This document shows, one piece after another, positions 1-8,800 of a DNA stretch of 63,317 nt (the stretch's first letter is position 1; every line of letters starts with the position of its first letter). The notes below the pieces were generated by a model that was not told the origin of the DNA, ran no database searches, and saw only the letters and a program-made list of their open reading frames with translations. The stretch lies in assembly GCA_039181265.1 (NCBI GenBank), contig JBCDCU010000002.1, forward strand, positions 1 to 63,317, written 5' to 3'. The position numbers and the translations under genes are program-made. This DNA comes from Pseudomonadota bacterium. Its GTDB lineage: Bacteria; Pseudomonadota; Alphaproteobacteria; Rhizobiales; JACESI01.

Positions 1-1874
1 AGGAAGATGTTGCCGCCGCCATTCGCGATGCGATCGACATCCGCAATGACGAAGCGCGCGGTCGTGACATCAATGCCGAAATCGATAGCCGTCTTGACGA
101 TCGCCGGATCGAGTTTCGAGAACAGCGCCAGAGCAATATCAATTCCTTGCGCGAAACGGTCGACAGGCTCGAAAATGAATCGATCCCGAGATCCCAAAGA
201 GAGATACGTGATGCGACACGCAATCTGGAAAGGGAAAGGGAACGGCTGGCGGAGATCGACCGGCAAATCGAGCAGAATGAAGCTGCCAAAGATGCTGCGT
301 CCGCAGACGAACTCCAGCCTTTCTTCGATAGGGAACTCGCACTGGACGCGGATAGGCGGCGCCAGGACAACGCTGTCAGTGATGCCGGCTTCCGGCTGAG
401 GGATGCCGAGCAGGACCTCGCTGATCAGCAGGAAGCCGTTGAAAGGATATCGAACCAGATCCGGGAAGACCGGGACGCGATTTCCGATGAAAATTTCGAT
501 AAAACCTTCAACAATGCCTTGTCGAATGCCCGTGAGATCTCACGGGGAGAAGCGCTCGCCGAGCGGGTGCAGGACAATCTGGCCGCTTTGTTCTTCCGAC
601 AATTGGGGGGCGAAGACCTCTCAGCGCGCGCCAGACAGCTTCTGGATCAGCGTTTCGACCTCCTGGATCGGATAGACGAGAAAGAGGCAAAGCTTTCGCA
701 GTGTCTCGCCGAGAACGGCCAGGCGTCATTGGAGAGGGATCGTTTCCAACCTGAACACCGGACTATTCGCACGGCTTTTGTGAACCCGGCACGGTCAAGA
801 AACGCTGCGTTCTCAGTGCTGGACCGCAAACAGAAAACGGCTGTCGAAAGGCGTCAGACGGGCTTTGACGCGCGTTTCAATGCTGCTGCCCGGGACCACG
901 ACGACGCGCAATCCATAGAAGCGCTTGCCTTCGGACCACGCAGAATAACAAGCCACAACGGCGTGACGGCAATCTCGGAACGCGCCGTCAACGCCCGCTT
1001 TGATCTGCGCGAATGGCGGAGGGATCAAGAGCGTCGCTATGGTCAGGGCGCAAGCCTTGGCGAGCGCGTCAATCCCGGCGCGGAAGACGGGCGTCCGATC
1101 ATCGATCTGCCCGGTTTCTTCGGCGATGCGCGGTTCAACTTTTTCGGATCATCCAACATCACCTTTGGCGAAAATGATGGCGTCGGTCAGGACAGTTTCA
1201 GCTACGCCGTTTCGGGAGGCTTCAGCTATCTTGTGCTGCCAAGGCTCAATATCGGACTAGCCGGGCGGTATCAGGAAGCAGATGTCGATAGCGCGATTGC
1301 CGAGATTGACGCAGACACTTGGGGCATTGCCGCATTCGCACAAGGTGAGCTTCCTGTCGGCGCGAAGGCGGTCTATCTCGAAGGGATTGTTGCCTATAGC
1401 CGGTCTGACCTCGATAGCCTCTTCAACAATCTCGGCGTCATTACGACCGCAGACAGCATCACCGAAGCGTTTTCAAGTCAGGTGCGCGCATCGACGAGCT
1501 TCGAGATCGAAAAAATCTCGGTTTCACCGTTCCTGTCGCTCTCCTACATTTATACCGATCAGGCGAGTTTCTTCCTCTCCGACGGTCAGTTCGCTCCAGG
1601 CGCGGTCAATGATCAGGTAACGTTCAGTTCCGGTGCCTCGCTATCAAGTTCCTTCTTTTTGACGGATACAGAGATTGAGCTCAGCCCGAGCCTCGGTCTT
1701 GGTGCCTTCGGGACGGTGACGGATGGCGGCACGGTCGGTTTGTCGGCGAATGGTAGCCTGGGTTTCCGGTCAAAGCGGGGTATCGGCGGCGGCCTTGGGC
1801 TTGGCTTTTCCGGCCTGACGGGCGGCACCCGAAACCTCTCCTTAAGCGGTAATATTTCAATTCCGCTTAACTGA
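1..1874 (+). CDS. Autotransporter-type outer-membrane protein, 5' end outside the window (charged coiled-coil-like passenger plus C-terminal beta-barrel domain)
   Basis: Frame 3 is open from nt 3, and the listed start at 147 is only an internal TTG, so the gene begins upstream of the window. The last ~280 aa show the alternating hydrophobic beta-strand pattern of autotransporter beta-domains (FSYAVSGGFSYLVLPRLNIGLAGRYQEADVDS...GLGFSGLTGG...). The upstream part is rich in E/R/D/Q heptad-like sequence. Confidence 0.7.
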   Translation, partial: EDVAAAIRDAIDIRNDEARGRDINAEIDSRLDDRRIEFREQRQSNINSLRETVDRLENESIPRSQREIRDATRNLERERERLAEIDRQIEQNEAAKDAASADELQPFFDRELALDADRRRQDNAVSDAGFRLRDAEQDLADQQEAVERISNQIREDRDAISDENFDKTFNNALSNAREISRGEALAERVQDNLAALFFRQLGGEDLSARARQLLDQRFDLLDRIDEKEAKLSQCLAENGQASLERDRFQPEHRTIRTAFVNPARSRNAAFSVLDRKQKTAVERRQTGFDARFNAAARDHDDAQSIEALAFGPRRITSHNGVTAISERAVNARFDLREWRRDQERRYGQGASLGERVNPGAEDGRPIIDLPGFFGDARFNFFGSSNITFGENDGVGQDSFSYAVSGGFSYLVLPRLNIGLAGRYQEADVDSAIAEIDADTWGIAAFAQGELPVGAKAVYLEGIVAYSRSDLDSLFNNLGVITTADSITEAFSSQVRASTSFEIEKISVSPFLSLSYIYTDQASFFLSDGQFAPGAVNDQVTFSSGASLSSSFFLTDTEIELSPSLGLGAFGTVTDGGTVGLSANGSLGFRSKRGIGGGLGLGFSGLTGGTRNLSLSGNISIPLN

Positions 1875-2077
1875 GGAAGAGGGGCGTTTCCCGGAAGATG
1901 GGTCATGGAAGAAACCGGGGTGGCGGGTGAGGCTAGTCCGGTTTCATGCGTGCAAGGTGCACTGAAGTAAGTTTGAGCCGCGCCGTGTAATAAACACCCT
2001 CCTGTTGTCCGATCCCGGTTTGCGTGGCACGGTGGCAGCCGACCATTCCCCTGATCGAGGAGGATAAGGGGCTCCCC

Positions 2078-4171
2078 ATGCTGCATTTCCGTCTTATCGC
2101 CGTCATCCTGATTGTTGTTGCCGGATCATCACCGGCCTTTTCCAAGATCATTCCGGAAGCTGCCATCAAGTCCGTGGTTTCCGTTCTGCCGGTCTGGCCA
2201 AACCGGCCGCAAGGCAACGGTTCAGGCCGAAGGCCGAATGCGCCGGAGGGAAGCGGCGTTGTCATTGATGCGAGCGGTGTCATCGCGACGGCCTGGCATG
2301 TGATTGCCCCGGCGCGGCGCATTGATGTGCGCCTTTATGACGGGCGTGTCCTTCCAGCAGAGCTCATCGGCCATGATGAGCGCAGCGACATCGCGCTTTT
2401 GAAAATCGACGGCCCTCTGATCCCGTTCGACTATGCGGAGCCACCGGAACTCTCGTCGGACGTCTGCGCGGTCGGAAATGCTTTCGGGCTTGATCTCACG
2501 GTGACGTGCGGCGTTGTCTCCGCGATCAATGTTGCCAATGCCGGGTTCAATCCGGTGGAAGACTTCATCCAGACGGATGCGGCGGCAAATCCCGGAACCT
2601 CCGGCGGGGCCCTCATTGATGGAGAGGGCAAACTTGTCGGCATGGTCTCTGCGATCTTCGCGTCAGGCGCGGACACGAATATCGGGATTAATTTTGCCGT
2701 ATCGGCCCGTCTTCTGGATCGCGTCGCGCGCGATCTCCAGGCAACCGGCAGCGTCGATTATGTCGATGCGGGATGGCAGCTCGCGCGTTTGCGTGGACAA
2801 ATGGCGGCCCGGATTGCCGGTGCGCTTGTTCAGGATGTTGCGGCAGGAGGTGTTGCAGAAGAGAGCGGCATTCTCGCCGGTGATGTGATCTCCAGGGTGA
2901 ATGGCCGCTTGATCAGGCGACCGCAAGATGTCCGCTCCGAGCTTGCCGTCATCCGGCAAGGCGAAACGGCAGATGTCCAGATTTTTCGTGGCGGGCGGAG
3001 AATTTCCGCAAGCTTGACCTTCGGCACGGCAGAGGAAAGCCCCGACAGCGATGTGCCCGCTCCTGCAGACGAAGGGGAGACGCAAGCCGAACGCTCAACA
3101 GATCCCGATTGTCCGTATCCGGAAGCCGTTTGCGCGACCAGACAGGCGGTCTTCCCGGTGGAAAGCTTTGATCCGATTGCAAGTGCCGTTCGGATCGCAC
3201 CGGATCTTCTGATCACCAACCGCCATGTCGTCGGTGACCGCAAGAGCGCGAACGTCATCACGCCGTCCGGGCCAATCGAGGCGGATGTGATCGCATCCTC
3301 CTATCGCGGGGATTTGGCCCTCTTGCGGGTCTTGGGCCTGCCTGAGGATGGCGTTGTTCTGAGGCCTGACACCGAACAGGATTATGATTACACAACGGGC
3401 ACCTTTTACGCCGTCGGTGCCGATGTGGCGCGCCGCGAAATTCGGGTGTTTGAGCCGGGCGAAACCATCATTCCGCCTTCAGATGACGTGCCGTTTGCAA
3501 GGCACCATGTCACATCGCGTATGCAGCCCGGCGTGAGCGGCGGGGCGCTTGTCAATGAGAGAGGCGAACTCGTGGGGATAGCCGTCGGTGGCGGGGAGGG
3601 GCGCTACGAGGCGCTGCCGCTTCCCCAGGTGAAGCGCCTTCTGGACGGTCAGGACGACACGCGGGCTGCGGCCATTCAGGCGGACCTTGGGCGGTCCTAT
3701 GTCCTGTGTGCAGCGGCCCTTGATGCCGCCCGCGAAACACCGAGAGGGCGCCCGCATGATCCCGGTCTGGTCGACGCCATGCGGGATACCTGCCTTGCCG
3801 CTGAAAACCCCGGACAGATGATTGATGCTGGCCGGATGCTCGGAATTGGTCGCGCCACCGATGAAGCGATCCGGCTTCATGAAGCTGTTGTGGCGCGCAC
3901 GCCGAACTCGATCAACGCCCGCCTGTCACTCCTTGTTTCGCTGCAATTGGGCGGTCGGTTCCCGGAAATGCTACCCCATGCAAGCTGGATCATGGATATT
4001 CTCGATGACGACCCGCAGGCCCTGAGGTTTGCCATTCAATCCGGCGTCTGGGGCGGTGATCCGGACCTCGCAGAACGGGCTTACAGTAAGTTGCTGGAAG
4101 CGGATCCACGGCAGGCGCAGGCCGCCCGCCGCTTCATCGATAATGCCCCGCCAGCGCCGCCGCGCCGGTGA
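2078..4171 (+). CDS. Secreted trypsin-like (S1C/HtrA-type) serine protease with two protease domains, one PDZ domain and a C-terminal helical-repeat (TPR-like) tail
   Basis: The ATG at 2078 is preceded by GAGGAGGA (2057-2064) and followed by a signal peptide (MLHFRLIAVILIVVAGSSPAFS). Domain 1 has H (TAWHV), D (SDIALLKI) and S (NPGTSGGAL). A PDZ-like segment follows (GILAGDVISRVNG). Domain 2 has H (TNRHV), D (GDLALLRV) and S (QPGVSGGAL). The listed GTG start at 2024 is less likely. Confidence 0.8.
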   Translation: MLHFRLIAVILIVVAGSSPAFSKIIPEAAIKSVVSVLPVWPNRPQGNGSGRRPNAPEGSGVVIDASGVIATAWHVIAPARRIDVRLYDGRVLPAELIGHDERSDIALLKIDGPLIPFDYAEPPELSSDVCAVGNAFGLDLTVTCGVVSAINVANAGFNPVEDFIQTDAAANPGTSGGALIDGEGKLVGMVSAIFASGADTNIGINFAVSARLLDRVARDLQATGSVDYVDAGWQLARLRGQMAARIAGALVQDVAAGGVAEESGILAGDVISRVNGRLIRRPQDVRSELAVIRQGETADVQIFRGGRRISASLTFGTAEESPDSDVPAPADEGETQAERSTDPDCPYPEAVCATRQAVFPVESFDPIASAVRIAPDLLITNRHVVGDRKSANVITPSGPIEADVIASSYRGDLALLRVLGLPEDGVVLRPDTEQDYDYTTGTFYAVGADVARREIRVFEPGETIIPPSDDVPFARHHVTSRMQPGVSGGALVNERGELVGIAVGGGEGRYEALPLPQVKRLLDGQDDTRAAAIQADLGRSYVLCAAALDAARETPRGRPHDPGLVDAMRDTCLAAENPGQMIDAGRMLGIGRATDEAIRLHEAVVARTPNSINARLSLLVSLQLGGRFPEMLPHASWIMDILDDDPQALRFAIQSGVWGGDPDLAERAYSKLLEADPRQAQAARRFIDNAPPAPPRR

Positions 4172-4202
4172 GGATCTCGCGCTTAACAGGGACGGTTTGC
4201 CG

Positions 4203-5516
4203 CTAGTCGCGGTCCGGATCGAGGATCCAGCCGACTGCAACCAAGCCCGGTTTCCGAGGGTCGGCCGCGCGTTTAAAAATCGCTGACTTCAGATCTGCCG
4301 TCGAAAGATCCGGGTTCTTTTCCAATAGTCGGGCAGCGAGGGCAGCGATCCTGGGAACCGCATAGCTGGTGCCCGATGCCCGTCCTTCCGATCCGCGAAA
4401 ATCGACAACTGGCTGGTTTTCGGCTGGCACCATGAGGTCAACGCTGCTCGCGCCCCAGTTGGAGCCGTCGGCAAGGTGACCGAAGGCATCGGATGAGGTC
4501 ACCACAATCATATTCTCAAGCGGCAAGGCGGCGGGCCACAGGAGATCCGCATCGATGTTACGGCCATCATTGCCTGCCGAGACAATCGCAAGCATGTGCG
4601 GGCGCTCCTGCATGGCCGCTTTAAACGCAATCCAGTCGGTTTCCCTACGACTTCCAAGCGGCATGGATAAAATCCTTGCGCCTGATTGATCGGCCCGCGC
4701 GACGAGATCCGCCATGCGGGTCATATCCGGTCTTGGATAGCGAAAGGGAATGAGGGCAGCGTTCGGGGCTTCGCGGGCGACAATGGAAGCGACCGGCGTT
4801 CCATGGCGCACCGGCTGAAAGACGTTGCGCGCCGTATCCCCGTCATAGGGAAGATCATCAAGATCCCAGAAATCATAACCGAGCGGGATGCCTGAGGAAT
4901 CGCGGGCGAGGCGGTTTCTGAAAAAGGGGAGATCATAGGCAAGGCCGCTATCGACGAGTGCCACGCGCGCGCCGCCGGGATCGCGTCCTGCGGGCCAGGA
5001 GGCCTGATAGGTCTCGGTCCACATGACCTCATCAAGGTCGGCAGACAATTGCTCCAGCCTCATGTTTTCATCGTCTTCGCGCACAATGCGGCGCGCCGAT
5101 CTCACGGTGCAGGCTCCGTCGGTTTGGGCCTGCATGACGGGCAGTAACTCGTTTCCATTTTCCGGCGCGCGAAAAAGGTCTGCGCTGAACCTGCGGAGCG
5201 CGCCATTCACCCGCGTATAGACGAGCCGCAGTTCATGACCGTCCGGTAGTGCGAAGATGAATTCCGATCTCTCGACGGGACGCCCCGCAGGCGATTGCTC
5301 GGAGTTGAGATACCAGGCACCCGGCAAGTGCGTCTGGAGGGAAAGGCCGTCGGTGTCCTCTGCCGCACAGGCGTTTTCGATTGCCATGCGCACCCAGTCT
5401 TCGGGGTTGGCTGACTGGCTTTCGGCAAAGGATGCGAAGGGAACATAAGCGCTCGCAAGGAAAACGATCGCAGCGAGTGATCGCCATCGGGGAAACGTCG
5501 AGCGTGGTTTGCGCAT
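4203..5516 (-). CDS. Secreted S8 (subtilisin-family) serine peptidase
   Basis: The catalytic triad motifs are present: D (VALVDSGLAYD), H (HGTPVASIV) and S (SGTSYAVPRIAALAA). The ATG at 5516-5514 gives MRKPRSTFPRWRSLAAIVFLASAYVPFASFA, which is a signal peptide. The listed TTG at 5525 adds 3 codons. Confidence 0.85.
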   Translation of the reverse strand: MRKPRSTFPRWRSLAAIVFLASAYVPFASFAESQSANPEDWVRMAIENACAAEDTDGLSLQTHLPGAWYLNSEQSPAGRPVERSEFIFALPDGHELRLVYTRVNGALRRFSADLFRAPENGNELLPVMQAQTDGACTVRSARRIVREDDENMRLEQLSADLDEVMWTETYQASWPAGRDPGGARVALVDSGLAYDLPFFRNRLARDSSGIPLGYDFWDLDDLPYDGDTARNVFQPVRHGTPVASIVAREAPNAALIPFRYPRPDMTRMADLVARADQSGARILSMPLGSRRETDWIAFKAAMQERPHMLAIVSAGNDGRNIDADLLWPAALPLENMIVVTSSDAFGHLADGSNWGASSVDLMVPAENQPVVDFRGSEGRASGTSYAVPRIAALAARLLEKNPDLSTADLKSAIFKRAADPRKPGLVAVGWILDPDRD

Positions 5517-5587
5517 GAAAGACAATGCCTTTCTTTAAATCGAACAGGGGCGACTTCACCCCAAAGCACGGTGTCAGTCAAAGGCCG
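5494..5587. repeat. Direct repeat copy A (94 bp): first 23 nt of the S8 peptidase CDS plus 71 nt of its upstream region
   Basis: It aligns without gaps to 10418-10511, with 88/94 identical by hand alignment (mismatches at repeat positions 8, 14, 31, 40, 75 and 83). Confidence 0.9.
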
Positions 5588-5868
5588 AGCTGTGGGTCGG
5601 GCATAATGCCATGGTCGGATTTCCTCTGGATTAGGAAACTATGCCGTGGTGGCGCGTGCCCGTAAGAAAAGCTGCCACTGGGGGAGGGCAAGCACAAAGC
5701 CTGGTCCCGGCGTTTATTGGTTTGTCGGGACGAGCCGCGCGACCATTTCATGCGGGCTCCATGCCAGTGGTCGTTGCGGGCCATAACCGTATTATTGGCT
5801 ACTAGAATAAGGTTCATGCAGCACTAGCTCCAAGGTCGTTCTGAATCGATTTTGTAGAGTGTTTTTCC

Positions 5869-8800
5869 ATGAATAATGATCTGGTTGAAAAATCCCGTGC
5901 CCATGAATCTGCTGGAATGTTGCTTGGTGAAACGCCGAAAATTATCCTTGGCGTAAGCGAGAAAATCGCAGAAACGCTGGCAAATGTAGGCGTCAGAACA
6001 GTGCTGGACCTCGCGGAAAGTGAGCTTTTTAATCAGCTTGAATTTCTCCGCACCAATCCCGATGCCAATTCCTTGGAGCGCAAGCGAACGCTAACGGCGC
6101 TCGTCGGATCCGAAACGGCGAGCGATCTTTCGTTGTTGACGCCGAATGATCTTGTTCGCCTGGATCCTGGGGTGCGTACTGAACTGGGTGCAGCGTTTCC
6201 GACATTGGATGCAATGGCGACCTGGCCACCTTTTGCTCGGGCGCGAAGGCTGCGAGAGGGCGCGAAGCCGCAGCCATTACCGCAGGAAACGACGTCCACC
6301 AAAATAAATGAAAGAGAAGGGATTCCTGATGAGCTCGTTCCGGTTGCGCGACGGTATGCGACCCAAAAGACATCGGTAACGCGCAATTTCTTAGACCGCT
6401 TTGGCGCGCCGGGTAGTGATTTGATCCTGGACCCTTCGCCCCTTACGCGGTTGTCTCTGACGGATGCGAGAACGGCCCAATTCGACGTCCCGGCGCTCGG
6501 CGCAAGACTGACGATGGAACACACACTCACCCCTGAGGGTATTTCGCTTGGCCGCCTTCTGCATTCTCTTGCACTGGCGCCTGGGGAAAGCACCAATGTG
6601 GCTATTGTCGATTTTACACGCGCCGTTGGAACCTCAGCAGAGGAAAATATCAATCAGACAGAGGCGTTGAGCGCTGAAACCGAGCAAAATCAGGAGGCGA
6701 ACAGCGATACCAGTGTTGATATCTCGGAAAACCAAAGCGGACGCACCGACATCGACAGCACAGTCGATACCGAGAGCGGATCGGTCTCAGCAGGCGCCGG
6801 TGTTGGCGGTGGAGGAGGCGGGGTTCTGGCAGGGGTCGGCGTCGGCGGCACAAGAACCAATGCCACAACCACGACGGACACCTCTGTCGTTACGAGCACT
6901 CTTGGAACGCGCAACGTCGATGCGCAGGCATCCGAAGAGCTTCTCCGCCAGACGCAGCAGGCAAGTGCTTCGGAACGCGATCGCCGGGCCAGCTTGATTA
7001 CTGAAGTATCCGAGGCGGAAGGGTCCCGGGCGGAAACCCGAAATGTGACCAACTACAATCACATGCACACGCTTTCGGTCCACTATTATGAAGTTGTGCA
7101 GATTCATGAGGTCTCAGTCCGCGCGGTCAGGGCGGAGGCGCTGCTCTTTACTCCTGTCGCGCCGATTGATTTCTCAGACCCCGCCCTGATTGCCGAGCAT
7201 CGTGAAGCCTTGGCCGCGGCAGCACCCGATGAGCGTACGCGGCGTCTGATCCTGGGCGTCGACCGAATGATTCCGTTGGAACTCTTGACGAAGATCGGCA
7301 AGTTTCGTGGATCGCCTTTCCGGAGCTACGGCCCGGCAGATGCAGCCCTGCTCGGCATTACAGGCTCTTACGAAACGGGACGCTACAGTGTCCCACCGGA
7401 CCTTGAGATCAACTTCATTGAGTTTGACGCGATTGGCCCAGAAAATGCGCCTTTCATGACACCCAAACAGGTACTTTTCGAATTGGAAGGTGGCATTGTC
7501 GTTGACATTCCGATACCTGAGCAACCTAGTGGCTTTTTCGTAGGTGCACCGGTGGATCCGCCCATTAAGGTGGAGGCTTTGCGCCGCGTTAGGTTTGTCT
7601 ATTTCGCACAACCGCGTCCATCCGAACCCGTTGCATCGTTCCAACTCTTCATTAAACGCGGCGATATTACGGCAAGCGTCTCTTTCCGGGCGGACACAAC
7701 CGGCCACCAGAATACCGAGACAATCCTTGGAGCGAAAGACGATACCAGTCGTCAGCAGGTGATCTCCACCCTTCAGCGGGATCGGATGCGCTATTCCATC
7801 GCGGTGTATCAGGCGCTTGGCCCCCAGACGCTGGTTGCGATGTTTGCGGGCAAGACGTTCGCGGGTCTTGATCTTAGCAGCGCGATTGAACCGCGTATTG
7901 TCGCGACGCATGGAAACCTGCTCGGCTTTCCGCTGCGGATCGACGAGAATGGGGATGGTGCTCTTTCTGCCTGGTGGAAAGACTGGCTGGAGCGCAATTT
8001 CCATCCTGAGCGCGTTTCAACCGACTATGTTGCAGCGCCAACAGGCGGTGTTCACGCCGAGGGAATATTGGGTCGGGCGAACACGGCTGAACGGTTCGAT
8101 CTCACCCGTTTCTGGGATTGGCAGGATTCGCCAATACCGAACCTGCCACCGCGCATTTCGGATGTCTCGGCAGAGAGCCGCGCGTCGGTTGGCGGTGCAC
8201 CGACGCCCGGTTCGCTCGATCCAAGCGTTGTCAATATTCAGAACCTGCCGGCGATGACCGATCCGGTGAATGCACAAGCCGCGCTCAATGCTGCGCTCGC
8301 ATCTACCCCGTTTCGCGATATGAGTGGCCTTGCGGCAGCCGATGCCGTGAGCCGCCAGGGGATTGGATCAACAGTGGATCTGGCACAGACCACCGCACGG
8401 GAATCGGCTTCGCTTGCAAGAACAGCGTTATCACAGGTGCTCGCTGCCGGGGCGACAGGTCCAAAGGCTTCGACGAACTCTGATGTTGGCGCCCACATTG
8501 CGTATCAGGAAGATCGCGAAAAGGCACGTGGTGGCATCACGGAAGAACCGGGCGCACCGGACCGCACCAGTGAGAACACGTCCGATCCAACATCAGCAGC
8601 CGATAGAACCAAGACTGCTGAAGCAGCGCGCGCACTTATTCATGATGGTATCGACGAAGGCAAAAAGGCAGCGGACGACGAAGCAAAGAAGAAATCGGGC
8701 AAGTCCAGCAAACCGGCACCTGATCTTGGTCATGTGGTCTGGCTTTCCGATACGCCGGGGGCGCAGGAATTGTTGCTTTACAATTTCCCGCTGGGTGACG

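Noticed and set aside
5207-5581. ORFs 5207-5581(-) and 9918-10505(-) share an N-terminus, MTDT(V/A)LWGEVAPVRFK(E/Q)RH, which hinted at a duplicated small gene.
   Set aside because: The shared peptide is just an out-of-frame translation of the 94-bp direct repeat. Downstream of it the two ORFs are unrelated, and they run antisense or out of frame through the S8 gene and the giant gene.
5578-5817. The 79-aa ORF in the spacer between repeat copy A and the giant ORF.
   Set aside because: It has no SD and low-complexity basic composition, and it overlaps the repeat end. It is probably non-coding spacer or promoter DNA for the giant gene.
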